From positions 1-64,000 of IMG/VR virus record IMGVR_UViG_3300028887_000102: a stretch of DNA of 64,000 bases; one strand, given 5' to 3'. The DNA is from a virus. Lineage: Duplodnaviria > Caudoviricetes. Under the pieces are notes generated by a model. It saw only the letters and a list, made by a program, of their open reading frames with translations. It ran no database searches and was not told where the DNA came from. This document shows positions 44,954 to 54,501 of the stretch, one piece after another; position 1 is the first letter of the stretch, and each line of letters begins with the position of its first letter. The translations under genes and the position numbers were made by a program.

Positions 44954-45364
44954 TTATAAATGCTCCAATTTACATTCACAAACAAATTCTACATTATCCC
45001 AAATGTCAATCCATTCGTTAATAGTTCTTTTGGTCTTGGATGCATTCGTGTAGATGCTACCATCCGTGATGCCGTTGATGTCATATTTGGTTTTACCATC
45101 ATCTTTGTAGAAAGCATCTCGCGTTGTCCATAACGATGCGGCTATCCTAGCAACTTTTGCTCTTGATTTCCATAGGGCATATTCTTTACTTTGGCAGATA
45201 CCGGCTAATTCGTCGATGACTGCATCCGTATCTTCTTTCGGGTACATCTCATAGACACCCCCATTGCATCCCCAATATTCCCCAGCAAACTTTTCGGATT
45301 CCAATTTGCTATGGGCATAGTCCACCAAGGATTGCTTGTCGCATTTGTTTATTCCTTTTTGCAT
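44954..45364 (-). CDS. Expanded paralog family member
   Basis: YPKEDTDAVIDEL, ALWKSRAKVA, WDNVEFVC. Confidence 0.7.
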   Translation of the reverse strand: MQKGINKCDKQSLVDYAHSKLESEKFAGEYWGCNGGVYEMYPKEDTDAVIDELAGICQSKEYALWKSRAKVARIAASLWTTRDAFYKDDGKTKYDINGITDGSIYTNASKTKRTINEWIDIWDNVEFVCECKLEHL

Positions 45365-45696
45365 AAATATGAATCCGCTTTATCCCTGCATAGCCGTTCA
45401 ACCTTGTTCCACTTTTGCTTGAGTTCTTCATATTCCTTGGCTTTTTGTAAATCGCCACGGAAGTATCTCCAACCATGTGCAAGAGTTCCGTTATAGCAAG
45501 ACATACTAAAAGCATTTTCGGCACGGACAATCCATATCGTTCGCTTGAGTTGCCGATTTTCGTCTTTCATTTCGGTAATGGCTTCATCTACCTGGGATTT
45601 CGGGTAGAAGTCTTCCACATCTTTGGATGCAAAGTTTTCGTTAATGTATCGGTTCAACCAATACACATCTTTTGCTTCAAGTTTATCGCATTTCAT
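45349..45696 (-). CDS. Expanded paralog family member
   Basis: MKCDKLE, YPKSQVDEAI, TIWIVRAENA, WNKVERLCRDKADSY. Confidence 0.7.
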   Translation of the reverse strand: MKCDKLEAKDVYWLNRYINENFASKDVEDFYPKSQVDEAITEMKDENRQLKRTIWIVRAENAFSMSCYNGTLAHGWRYFRGDLQKAKEYEELKQKWNKVERLCRDKADSYLCKKE

Positions 45697-46033
45697 TTTT
45701 GAGTTTCCCTGCCATTTTGAGCCATCGTTTGCTTCGTTCATAATACTTATCGGATTTTTCTCTCCATCGTTTTCTTGCCGCTTCTCTATTGCTTTCCGAT
45801 TCCATAGCATCTTCTTCATCTCTATCGGAATCATTGCTTACGGCTACCATTTCCATTCCATATTCCGCAGACAAGGAATGACAAATGGTTGCTTCTCGCA
45901 TACAGAACTTTATCTTGTATCGTAAAAGTTCTTGTTGCAGTTTAGCCACCGTTTTATCTACGATGTCCGCTGGGTATAAGGGGCCGGCGAAACCGAGCAT
46001 CCCACGATGTTCTTTTAATTCATCACCTAACAT
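45683..46033 (-). CDS. Expanded paralog family member (YK.K.C subtype)
   Basis: YPADIVDKTV, RYKIKFC. Confidence 0.6.
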   Translation of the reverse strand: MLGDELKEHRGMLGFAGPLYPADIVDKTVAKLQQELLRYKIKFCMREATICHSLSAEYGMEMVAVSNDSDRDEEDAMESESNREAARKRWREKSDKYYERSKRWLKMAGKLKNEMR

Positions 46034-46193
46034 TTTGAATCCTTTTGAGTTATTTGTGTTTCTTTTTGCCGAGATTTATTACTACAAGAATAACCAGAAC
46101 GCAAATAAGCCAAACTACACCATACTTGAGCATATTAAACTCCTTTAAAAATTTATGTATGTGTTCATCGTGATTATATACAATCGGACTAGG

Positions 46194-46667
46194 TTATTTT
46201 TTTCTGCAATGGTCGCAGAGTTCCGTGTGGTGCTTTCTAGGATATTCATTCGTAGCATCAATTTTTAGGTAGCGCTTGTTGCACATCGGGCATATCGGAT
46301 AGAGTGAACCACCGTGAGTCAATAAATAATTTCCAAAGGGTATCAAGGATGCAGATAAGTTTTTTGAGTAGCCCCCACCGGGCTTGAACCTAATCTCTCT
46401 CTTGGATGGCTTGTACTCGCATTCAATAGTGGTGTAGTATAACTGTTTGGTTTTTTTGTCTTTCCAACATTCTTGTATATAGGCATTCTGCCAATCGTTA
46501 GCATTTTTCCTAGCATCCACCCAATGAAACATAGATTCCCAAGTATGTGGGATGCTATCATTCATTTCAAATTCTTTCGCCTTTTCAAGAGCTTCTTCAA
46601 CGGAGTTCGCTTTAACCTGAATGACACACCTTGCTTGTGGTGTTATTTCAATATTGTATGTAGGCAT
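46194..46667 (-). CDS. Hypothetical protein with C-terminal CPMC/CDHC zinc ribbon
   Basis: Cys pairs. Confidence 0.6.
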   Translation of the reverse strand: MPTYNIEITPQARCVIQVKANSVEEALEKAKEFEMNDSIPHTWESMFHWVDARKNANDWQNAYIQECWKDKKTKQLYYTTIECEYKPSKREIRFKPGGGYSKNLSASLIPFGNYLLTHGGSLYPICPMCNKRYLKIDATNEYPRKHHTELCDHCRKK

Positions 46668-46668
46668 A

Positions 46669-47160
46669 TTACTTTCCCCGATTCTTATTGCAGATTCTAT
46701 CCGACCTATCCTTGTAATATGCGGTAATTACGGCATTTAGACTATAATCGCCCTGCATATTCTTGAATGTCTTCGGCTTGTTTGTGAATGTCTGCAAGTC
46801 CGAAATGAACTGTTTAATTCCAGTCCATTCATCGTTTACACGCTTATAGGCTTCTTTGGTTGTTTTGATGGCACATTCTTGAGTGACGAACCATTGAATG
46901 CTTTCATTGAGTTCCGTCAATTTTCTGCCCTCAAGTTTGAAAGGGTATCTGCCATCTCCCCAAGTTTGGGAGTTGCAACGAATCATACCCTTACACCACG
47001 GCAAAAGAATGTCTCCGAACTTTCCACCCGGATAGAAGTATTCAAACGGGATTTTAAGTTTCTTGAGAGCCTTTCCAAGTTCGTGAATCGCGTCGATGTA
47101 CTTTGATTTTTCGCATTTGCTTTTGTCGGTGCAACCGAGGATTTCTTTCTTTTTAGCCAT
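46669..47160 (-). CDS. Hypothetical protein
   Basis: Coupled ORF. Confidence 0.6.
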   Translation of the reverse strand: MAKKKEILGCTDKSKCEKSKYIDAIHELGKALKKLKIPFEYFYPGGKFGDILLPWCKGMIRCNSQTWGDGRYPFKLEGRKLTELNESIQWFVTQECAIKTTKEAYKRVNDEWTGIKQFISDLQTFTNKPKTFKNMQGDYSLNAVITAYYKDRSDRICNKNRGK

Positions 47161-47452
47161 TGGTATTTTCTCCGTTTAGAAATTTTTTAAGTTGTTCGGG
47201 TGTTATCTTGGATTTGTCTATGATGAATGTTAATGGTTCTTTAAGTTCTCTTTGTACGATGAGTTCGGACACGGCATTTACTTTTTCTAAAATTTCGTTG
47301 TAGGCGATAGCCTTTTTTTCATCTGGAAGAATATTCCACTTGGCATTCAAAGCATCCCTGCGGGCTTTAATATCCCGGAGCATACTCCCAATGGGTTCAA
47401 CATCCTTGTATTTTTCAAAAGGGCTTTCGTTTAAGGGAATCAATTCAATCAT
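47153..47452 (-). CDS. Hypothetical protein
   Basis: AAGGAG RBS before start at 47452. Confidence 0.55.
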   Translation of the reverse strand: MIELIPLNESPFEKYKDVEPIGSMLRDIKARRDALNAKWNILPDEKKAIAYNEILEKVNAVSELIVQRELKEPLTFIIDKSKITPEQLKKFLNGENTNG

Positions 47453-47462
47453 ATAGGTCTCC

Positions 47463-47783
47463 TTACCAGTTGCGAGTAATCCATTTCGGTACAAGAACGA
47501 ACTTGACAGTGCAAGGACTACCGTCTTCATTAACATAGTGGTCGTTAATCATAACTTTGCATTTGGATTTCGGGGCATAAACGAAACGATGCTTCGATAT
47601 GAAATCGTGTCGTTCGCCCATATCAAATTTCCAAGCTCTCTCCGTTTCGGAATCCACCGGGAACATTCCGCAGTCAATATCCAGATGGTCAAAATCGGTT
47701 TCCATTCTTTTGATGGCAGACAAGTATTCGCTTACCTTTGTGATGGTGTCAAACACTTTGAGATAGGTGCTTATTTTCTTCAT
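47463..47783 (-). CDS. First gene of leftward early operon
   Basis: AAGGA RBS downstream of minus-strand promoter. Confidence 0.65.
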   Translation of the reverse strand: MKKISTYLKVFDTITKVSEYLSAIKRMETDFDHLDIDCGMFPVDSETERAWKFDMGERHDFISKHRFVYAPKSKCKVMINDHYVNEDGSPCTVKFVLVPKWITRNW

Positions 47784-47813
47784 AGCGGGTGTCCTTATGA
47801 TTATCCGCTAACC

Positions 47814-47842
47814 AATATAACTAAATATCACAAAGATGTCAA
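47814..47842 (-). promoter_or_regulatory. Early promoter copy 7 (leftward)
   Basis: Reverse complement TTGACA-17-TATATT. Confidence 0.85.
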
Positions 47843-47910
47843 GATATTTTTGTAAAAATATTTAATTAGACATTCCCGAAAAAAAAAATCAATTATTTTT
47901 ACGAGACTAC

Positions 47911-47939
47911 TTGACAACCCTTTGATATTTAGTTATATT
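47911..47939 (+). promoter_or_regulatory. Early promoter copy 8 (rightward, divergent from copy 7)
   Basis: TTGACA-17-TATATT. Confidence 0.85.
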
Positions 47940-47962
47940 CAACGATACATCATAATCAAACA

Positions 47963-48415
47963 ATGATGGAGAAAAAGATGCGTCCAGATAACTGCAATGG
48001 TAAGAATCGTGAAATTCGCTTGACCCGCGAAGAAATCTTTGATATGCTCAATTCTGAAAGGGATAAGGCATTGGGGGTGGGCGATGCTCGTCTTGTTGCG
48101 ATGTATGACAATGTGATTCAAAGTTATGTCACGAAGTTAAAACATATTCGGGATATGAATGGTAGCGGATATAAGTATGTCCGGTTCTGCAATGTCCAAC
48201 AACGATGGGTGCCGGCACGTGCCGCCGAAGAACTCTGCAAAGTTCCGATTAAGAAACGAAAGGTGCTTGACACTATTCTTATGGATGGAAAGATTACACG
48301 AATGATTGCTACGGCTACCGCAAAGGATGGCTCTATCACGACTCTTGACATCAATTATAAGGATGGTACTGTTGTCATCAATGCTAGTAGTAAGCAATCG
48401 GTGGGAGATGCATAA
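47963..48415 (+). CDS. Hypothetical early protein
   Basis: First ORF after promoter. Confidence 0.6.
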   Translation: MMEKKMRPDNCNGKNREIRLTREEIFDMLNSERDKALGVGDARLVAMYDNVIQSYVTKLKHIRDMNGSGYKYVRFCNVQQRWVPARAAEELCKVPIKKRKVLDTILMDGKITRMIATATAKDGSITTLDINYKDGTVVINASSKQSVGDA

Positions 48416-48798
48416 TGCCCGAAGCAACGAAGATTTATAAGCGAAAGAAGCCGTTGAATGATGTGATGGCTACCTATATGTTAGGGGTCAATTTTGCCGC
48501 TATCGTTAAGCAACTTGTTATCGGGTTGGCTTGCAAGAAATGTACTAATGACTATAACAATCCTAAAAGTAATTTCCATCTAACTAAAGACAAGAAAACG
48601 GTTATCGTGGAATTGTGGGATGAACATTTGATGGATATGCCGTCCGAATTAGATAGGTTCAAGCGTAATTTCACGATGTACCCGAAGCCCACGGCAACCT
48701 ATACTTTGGAGTTTATTGTTCGTTTGGACGCTCAAGAAGTGTTGAGTTATTTGAACTTGTATATGCCTACCATAGAAAGAATCGAGGAGTTGTTCTAA
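48415..48798 (+). CDS. Hypothetical protein
   Basis: TAATG coupling. Confidence 0.6.
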   Translation: MPEATKIYKRKKPLNDVMATYMLGVNFAAIVKQLVIGLACKKCTNDYNNPKSNFHLTKDKKTVIVELWDEHLMDMPSELDRFKRNFTMYPKPTATYTLEFIVRLDAQEVLSYLNLYMPTIERIEELF

Positions 48799-49421
48799 TG
48801 CAGTATGCTGGTGTAGAACTCATAGACTTTGAATCCGAAAAGCCGCAGATATTCGACCCACCCCGGTTGATGTTTGTATGGAACACGGAGCATTTTAAAG
48901 TTCCATCCGTACAAGAGATTCGGTGCTATGACCCAATGCTTGAAAGACCTTTTATGGAATCGGATTATGTGGGGCGATGGACTCACGGCGCGGTTATTGA
49001 TGATAGTTTGATGCCGACCATAAAGAATCTTCTTGTGAATAATAATCCGTATAAGGATGATGATGTCCGTGTACAACGGAACAAGTTGGTGTGCTGGGAT
49101 GATAAGGAAAAGAAATGGAATGTTATTCTGGATAACCTTCCGTTTTCGTTTGGCGATGTGTCCGTGAATGTTATCTATATGACCGGTACATTGATTGATG
49201 GTATGAAACTTGTGTTTACCTTGTTGTTCTATGATTCGGAACATTATATTGATGGCAGGGCACGTGTTTTCCCGGTACTTGTGTTTTTAAAGGATGATAA
49301 TTCCCTTGTGTATGAACGATACCATACATCTACGGAATTGAATGTAAGAGTGGGCGATTGGAATTATCGCCGTATCATTGAATTGTCTAGGATTAACTGG
49401 AATATGAACGAGATTCGTTAA
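48798..49421 (+). CDS. Hypothetical protein with KPQ.FDPP..M.V N-domain (paralog of 62003)
   Basis: Shared motif. Confidence 0.6.
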   Translation: MQYAGVELIDFESEKPQIFDPPRLMFVWNTEHFKVPSVQEIRCYDPMLERPFMESDYVGRWTHGAVIDDSLMPTIKNLLVNNNPYKDDDVRVQRNKLVCWDDKEKKWNVILDNLPFSFGDVSVNVIYMTGTLIDGMKLVFTLLFYDSEHYIDGRARVFPVLVFLKDDNSLVYERYHTSTELNVRVGDWNYRRIIELSRINWNMNEIR

Positions 49422-49431
49422 AGGAGTTATT

Positions 49432-49815
49432 ATGGGCGTAGATTTGAATTGGGCGGGTAGTCTTTCCTACCCTCGCTTCTATGAAGAACTTGAAGCCGTT
49501 GCTACACAAGTTTTTGGGGCTACGGTATCAAAGGAATATATTGAAGCAAAGAATAAACCGGAGAATAATACTATCACTGGGTATTTCTTTGCGAATGCTC
49601 ATACATCTTGTGATAAGTTTGTGTGGCCCGATGGTACACCCGAAGTATTGAAGACTTTCTTTAGGGCACCAACGGAATATTATGACCCAGAGTTCGTTAA
49701 GGACTTGTGGGCGCTTGTTGAACCCCATGCCGAAAAGGTTGAAGCCTTGAGTGACCAATTCTATGAAGAACTCAAGTGTGATGCTATGTATGGCGAATCT
49801 TGGTGTGTCTGTTAA
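49432..49815 (+). CDS. Hypothetical protein
   Basis: AAGGAG RBS. Confidence 0.6.
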   Translation: MGVDLNWAGSLSYPRFYEELEAVATQVFGATVSKEYIEAKNKPENNTITGYFFANAHTSCDKFVWPDGTPEVLKTFFRAPTEYYDPEFVKDLWALVEPHAEKVEALSDQFYEELKCDAMYGESWCVC

Positions 49816-49824
49816 GGAGACTAT

Positions 49825-50106
49825 ATGAAATATACCGTTATTCTACCACAACTCAAGGTATATGACTTGGCTGATTCCACCGACCATCCCGACGTGGTAT
49901 ATGGAAAAATTGAAGTTGATGCCGTTATCCGTGACTTGATTCTTGAAAAGGAATCGTTTCATCGCAGGGCTTTGGATGCCGAACGGCGATATTACCAGAC
50001 GATTAGCCAGATTGCTTCGGAAGAACTCAAAAAATTGGAAGATGAATCCACAACTATGGAAGCATCTCTTGATACTTTGAGTAATGTCTTGGGGGGTCGT
50101 GTATGA
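49825..50106 (+). CDS. Expanded paralog family member (A module only)
   Basis: QLKVYD, YGKIEVDAVIRDL. Confidence 0.6.
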   Translation: MKYTVILPQLKVYDLADSTDHPDVVYGKIEVDAVIRDLILEKESFHRRALDAERRYYQTISQIASEELKKLEDESTTMEASLDTLSNVLGGRV

Positions 50107-50495
50107 GTGATGCAGTCTATGACAAGTTGCGAATGGTCATCCAGACAAAAAGGGATATGGACAATCCCCTGCAACCTTATGGCGTGACGGTTCAATATAG
50201 TATTATCAACCCGGATGATACGGAGTTCCATTCCAGAATGGATGTTTCTGATGTTCGCGTGGTTTGTGATTACGAAATTGCTAAAGCCGTATTGGATGAA
50301 TCCGAACGGAAGTCCAAGAAGTTGTTGTGGATGTCTAGGGCTTTAAGGGCTTCACATATTTCTTGTCTTGCTTTTCAAGGTGAGTATATACCGTTGGATA
50401 ACTACGGAAATGAACTTGATTGGCGAATTATGTATCAAAAATGGAAAAAGGTAGAAGAATTATGTCTTAAAAAGGCAAGGGAGTATGATATATGA
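50103..50495 (+). CDS. Expanded paralog family member
   Basis: LLWMSRALRA, WKKVEELCLKKAREY. Confidence 0.7.
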   Translation: MSDAVYDKLRMVIQTKRDMDNPLQPYGVTVQYSIINPDDTEFHSRMDVSDVRVVCDYEIAKAVLDESERKSKKLLWMSRALRASHISCLAFQGEYIPLDNYGNELDWRIMYQKWKKVEELCLKKAREYDI

Positions 50496-50863
50496 TGACA
50501 TTGGCTCTTGATGAATATAAGGTGGTTAAAGGCAATGAGGGTTATATCATTGCTTGCAATTACGAAATGAAACGAGCTTACGATGCCGATGAAGCGGATA
50601 AGGAAATCGACCGCCTTATTTGTATGGCAGGGAATAATGCTAGGGGTTATCGTATTGCACGCAGGGCTTTGTGGCAATCCAGAGTTCGCAATGCCGAAAT
50701 TATGATGAAGCACTTGTCATTCCTTGTTGAATGCTTTAGGGATTCTAACATTACCACAGAAGCCGCCATTTATAATTCCAAGTTAAATAACTGGAAATGG
50801 GTTCACGATGCTTGTTTGAAAAAGTATGAAACTCTTTGTAAGGAAAAAGGCAATGCAGTATAA
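50492..50863 (+). CDS. Expanded paralog family member
   Basis: YDADEADKEIDRL, RALWQSRVRNA, WKWVHDACLKKY. Confidence 0.7.
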   Translation: MMTLALDEYKVVKGNEGYIIACNYEMKRAYDADEADKEIDRLICMAGNNARGYRIARRALWQSRVRNAEIMMKHLSFLVECFRDSNITTEAAIYNSKLNNWKWVHDACLKKYETLCKEKGNAV

Positions 50864-51110
50864 ATATATGTCTTTTGTGTCATTCTGCCGTTGGTGTAAT
50901 GATAGAGCATCCGATGGATTTTGGGGCGCACAATCTGCCCTTACTTGCATACGAATTGCGGATGATGTCAATAAGAAATGGTTTTCTTGGAGACGCGAAA
51001 GATATTGGCGTAAAAACTGGGAAAAGGGTGTTCGTGAGCAAATTGTGAATCCTACCGAACGGGCTACGGCTCAATATTATAAGGCTATGGGGCTATGCGA
51101 AGACTACTAG
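50853..51110 (+). CDS. Hypothetical Trp/Arg-rich protein
   Basis: Coupled ORF. Confidence 0.55.
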   Translation: MQYKYMSFVSFCRWCNDRASDGFWGAQSALTCIRIADDVNKKWFSWRRERYWRKNWEKGVREQIVNPTERATAQYYKAMGLCEDY

Positions 51111-51123
51111 CAATTCTCTTTAA

Positions 51124-52448
51124 ACGAAATTGGCAAGAAATCCCACCCATCTTTAGTGTGTGGGATGAATTGTCCGTATTGAAACATATAGACTTTTAGA
51201 GAAAATACTTGTATTTCATTAAAAACTAATCTATATTATAGTTATGATGTTGAAGGCATATAAATATCGGATATACCCGACAAAGACTCAAGAAGTGCTT
51301 TTAGTTAAGCATTTCGGTTGCACCAGATACATCTATAATTATGGTCTTGAACGGAAAATAAAGTCTTACGCAGAAACAAAGAAAAGCCTTTCCAGATTCA
51401 CGATTCAATCGGATTTGCCGAAGTTGAAGAAAGCCGAAGAAACAAAGTGGCTTGCAGAAGTAAACTCACTTTCGCTACAAGTGGCGTTGCTTAATCTCGA
51501 TATGGCATTCACTAGGTTCTTCAAGGAAAAGAAAGGCTTCCCCAAGTTCAAATCCAAGCACGACCACAACCAATCATTTCAAGTTCCGCAGAATACAACA
51601 GTCGATTACGAATGTAAACGGGTGTATATTCCAAAATTCAAGGAAGGAATCAAGTGTAAGTTTGGCAGACAATTTAGCGGAAAGATTAAGACAAGTACAG
51701 TAAGTAGAACCCCAACAGGAAAGTATTACATATCCATTCTGGTAGAAACCAATGATACCATTCCTAGCAAAGCACCGATAGACGAGAACAAAGCGGTCGG
51801 TGTGGACTTGGGCATCAAGACGTTTGCTACCTTGAGCGATGGTACTGAAATACAGAACCCCAAGAACCTAAAGAAATCCTTGAAACGATTAAAACGGTTG
51901 CAAAGGTCTATTTCCCGAAAAATCAAAGGTAGCAACTCACGGAAGAACACCGTCAAGTTGCTTGCCCGACAATATGAGAAAGTGACCAATCGCAGAAAGG
52001 ATTTCTTGCACAAGACAAGCAAGTGGTTGATTGACCACTACGATACTATTTGCCTTGAAACGCTTTCTGCCAAGAATATGATGCGGAATCATAAACTTGC
52101 ACAAGCACTGTCCGATATAAGCATAGGCACGTTCAATGCCTATATGGACTACAAAGCGGAGTGGTATGGTAAGAACATAATCCGCATAGGTCGGTTCGAG
52201 CCATCTAGCAAGATGTGTTCTTGTGGTCACATATACAAGGAACTGACCCTAAAGGATAGGGTATGGACTTGTCCTTGTTGTGGTGCTATCAACAAAAGGG
52301 ATTTGTTGGCCGCTAACAACATAAAGAAGTTTGCATTTAAGCAAAACAATACGGCCCGGACGACCGGAATTTACGCCGTGGAAACAATGAACCCCACTAG
52401 GGGAGCAGCCACGGAAACCCACACATCTTTAGTGCGTGGGTAGTTCAT
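51124..52448 (+). mobile_element. IS200/IS605-family tnpB-only (IS1341-type) element
   Basis: Matching subterminal hairpins CCCACCCATCTTTAGTGTGTGGG and CCCACACATCTTTAGTGCGTGGG; TTAA target, TCAT right end; no tnpA. Confidence 0.8.
51244..52443 (+). CDS. tnpB: RNA-guided endonuclease TnpB
   Basis: KAYKYRIYP HTH; RuvC VGVDLG, ICLETL, RDLLAANNI; CSCG/CPCC zinc finger. Confidence 0.95.
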   Translation: MMLKAYKYRIYPTKTQEVLLVKHFGCTRYIYNYGLERKIKSYAETKKSLSRFTIQSDLPKLKKAEETKWLAEVNSLSLQVALLNLDMAFTRFFKEKKGFPKFKSKHDHNQSFQVPQNTTVDYECKRVYIPKFKEGIKCKFGRQFSGKIKTSTVSRTPTGKYYISILVETNDTIPSKAPIDENKAVGVDLGIKTFATLSDGTEIQNPKNLKKSLKRLKRLQRSISRKIKGSNSRKNTVKLLARQYEKVTNRRKDFLHKTSKWLIDHYDTICLETLSAKNMMRNHKLAQALSDISIGTFNAYMDYKAEWYGKNIIRIGRFEPSSKMCSCGHIYKELTLKDRVWTCPCCGAINKRDLLAANNIKKFAFKQNNTARTTGIYAVETMNPTRGAATETHTSLVRG

Positions 52449-52468
52449 TATCCATCATCCAAAGGACT
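52330..52468 (+). ncRNA. Predicted TnpB omegaRNA/reRNA (scaffold in tnpB 3' end plus flank-derived guide)
   Basis: Established TnpB architecture; 5' boundary approximate. Confidence 0.55.
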
Positions 52469-52666
52469 TGGAAACCATTGGTTATGATTTTAGGTTATAC
52501 CTCAATTTATTGTCGGAACAACATAATAAACTTTATGAACTGCGGAGAGACTTGTCGGCATACCAAGATGTATGCGCTCGTTGGCACATTGGAAGCCCCG
52601 ATGAACTTGATACCCGGTTGCGCAATTTGAATGATGCGATATGCAAATATCAAAAGGAGATGAAAT

Positions 52667-53164
52667 ATGAAAATTGATGCATCCGCGTATCTGCCAGTAG
52701 AACTTGTGAAAAAGATTAGTAGTTTCTTCTTTACTTGGAGTGCTTGCAGGGGCATTGACCCTAACACCCCACTTGGAGAAATTGCCAAGCACGCTCATCT
52801 TCATTGGCAGAACTATGAGCATCGTATGTCCGAAATGCGACAAAATGTTCAAACCGTAATGTCCACCAATTCCTACTTGAGAGATGAAGTTAATTCGTTG
52901 AAGTCGAAGTTAAAGGATAGTGATGTACATTGCCATTATCTTGTGTACCGGCAGAAGTATAAGCGGTGTCTTGTGTACATTGAAAAGCATAGATTACAAG
53001 TTGAAAATGCTCAAGATGCAGTTCGGTTAATATCGTGTAGTTCTAATGCCTTTACGGAAGAAACATTTAGAAAGACTCTTGCTTATCATCAACGAAAGCG
53101 GGATAGGTACTTGAAACATTATAACAAGTGGCTTGAACTCTCTAGGTTTTTTAAGGAGATGTAA
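52667..53164 (+). CDS. Expanded paralog family member (QKYKRCL subtype)
   Basis: QKYKRCL, RYLKHYNKWLEL. Confidence 0.65.
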   Translation: MKIDASAYLPVELVKKISSFFFTWSACRGIDPNTPLGEIAKHAHLHWQNYEHRMSEMRQNVQTVMSTNSYLRDEVNSLKSKLKDSDVHCHYLVYRQKYKRCLVYIEKHRLQVENAQDAVRLISCSSNAFTEETFRKTLAYHQRKRDRYLKHYNKWLELSRFFKEM

Positions 53165-53165
53165 G

Positions 53166-53378
53166 ATGGACACGGATGTTTGTATGCAAAAGTATAAGCG
53201 GTGTTTGGCACTTATTGAAGTGTACCGACTCCGTGCCAAGTTGATGGCAGGGCTTGCTAGGGGTACTAGGGGCTTTGAGTATAGCGATGATTGGCATAAT
53301 AAATCCAGACGATATATTCGCTACGCTATAAAGTGGCGAGATATATCACATAAAATCAAAGAATCAATGCATAGGTAG
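53166..53378 (+). CDS. Expanded paralog family member (QKYKRCL subtype)
   Basis: QKYKRCL, RYIRYAIKW. Confidence 0.65.
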   Translation: MDTDVCMQKYKRCLALIEVYRLRAKLMAGLARGTRGFEYSDDWHNKSRRYIRYAIKWRDISHKIKESMHR

Positions 53379-53385
53379 GCATTAT

Positions 53386-53649
53386 ATGAATATAAAAGAA
53401 GTGAGCTTGAATCTTGCGGAAATTGAAATCATCAAGCATACTCTAGGGTATGACTATTGCAACTATTCGTTCCGTAATCATTTCGTGACGAAACCGAGTA
53501 GTTCCGATGGTGTTATCTGCGAGGGTCTTGTTAAAAAGGGTCTTATGACCCGGCATAGCGAGAAATTCTTGTTGGATGAGTGCTGTGCTTATAATTGTAC
53601 CGACGATGGGAAACTACTTATTATGCGTATTTGTGGCTATACGAAGTAG
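53386..53649 (+). CDS. Small wHTH-like phage protein (HTLG...FRNHF...LV.KGLM)
   Basis: Motif pattern. Confidence 0.5.
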   Translation: MNIKEVSLNLAEIEIIKHTLGYDYCNYSFRNHFVTKPSSSDGVICEGLVKKGLMTRHSEKFLLDECCAYNCTDDGKLLIMRICGYTK

Positions 53650-53657
53650 GCGCGACT

Positions 53658-53798
53658 ATGGGTATCTGCGAATGTTGCAAGAAGCCATCATCCCATATTA
53701 TCAAGGTGGTAGCCCGCATCTATGAACTTGGAACTATTGATGTCCGAAAAGTTAAGGTTTGCCCAGAGTGTTATGTGTTGCATAAAATAAAGAAGTGA
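53658..53798 (+). CDS. Small zinc-finger protein (CECC...CPEC)
   Basis: Cys pairs. Confidence 0.55.
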   Translation: MGICECCKKPSSHIIKVVARIYELGTIDVRKVKVCPECYVLHKIKK

Positions 53799-53801
53799 CT
53801 T

Positions 53802-54332
53802 ATGGAACGACAAGAATTGAAAGTATATGATGCCTATATCATGGAAGTAGATTTCCACCCAGACGATGCCCCCGTCAAGTTGGATGCTATTGTGTCTAGC
53901 AATAGTTCCATAGCGGAAAACGATTGGTCTGGCGAAGCCGCTTGTTTCGCGTGCTATAAGAAAGATGAAGCGGATGCGGAGATTGATTATTGGAAGCAAG
54001 AGAACCGAATATCCAGGAATCTAGCGAATATGGCTTATTCTCTGCAACAACAAGAGAAAGCCGACTTGCAGAAGACTAGGGTAGAACTCCGTGCAACCAA
54101 GATGGCATTGTGGCATTCTAGGGCTAACCGGGCTTTTGAAAAGATTCTATTGTTTACATCCTTGATTCGGGAATACAAAACTTATGTGTATATTGATGGT
54201 CTTGAGAAGAAATTAGGCGATGGCTATTCTAGTCAATTCCGAACACCCCACGAATGGGTTAAGATATTTGAGAGAGTTGAAAAGAAGTGCCGGGAAAAAG
54301 CGGAGATATACGATGACCGAGAAGATGGTTAA
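53802..54332 (+). CDS. Expanded paralog family member
   Basis: ELKVYD, YKKDEADAEI, ALWHSRANRA, RVEKKCREKAEIY. Confidence 0.7.
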   Translation: MERQELKVYDAYIMEVDFHPDDAPVKLDAIVSSNSSIAENDWSGEAACFACYKKDEADAEIDYWKQENRISRNLANMAYSLQQQEKADLQKTRVELRATKMALWHSRANRAFEKILLFTSLIREYKTYVYIDGLEKKLGDGYSSQFRTPHEWVKIFERVEKKCREKAEIYDDREDG

Positions 54333-54501
54333 AAGAGCTTTGTGGTTGGCTAGGGCAATCCGTGCTTGTGAGAAATCGGAGATTTTAAATGAACGGAGTC
54401 TTTTAGCCCTGCCGGAATATCGGCGTTATTGGCGGGATAAGTGTAGGGCTTGGATTCGTGTTGAAGAACTATGCCGTAAGAAAGCGGATTCGTACCTATG
54501 A
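54313..54501 (+). CDS. Expanded paralog family member (minimal B+C)
   Basis: KRALWLARAIRA, WIRVEELCRKKADSY. Confidence 0.7.
   Translation: MTEKMVKRALWLARAIRACEKSEILNERSLLALPEYRRYWRDKCRAWIRVEELCRKKADSYL

Larger units (their letters stand above)
51095..52677 (+). pseudogene. Small gene interrupted by IS (51095-51123 joined to 52449-52677)
   Basis: Joining the flanks gives continuous ORF MRRLLAILFNIHHPKDLETIGYDF... Confidence 0.6.

Noticed and set aside
50280-50330. DESERKSKK (50103 ORF) and NESKK (60551 ORF) as cargo linkers
   Set aside because: Isolated, inside helical early proteins with no leader; likely chance.
51124-52448. IStron or self-splicing intron restoring the interrupted gene
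   Set aside because: The left end has only about 120 nt before tnpB; no room for, or sign of, a group I intron core.
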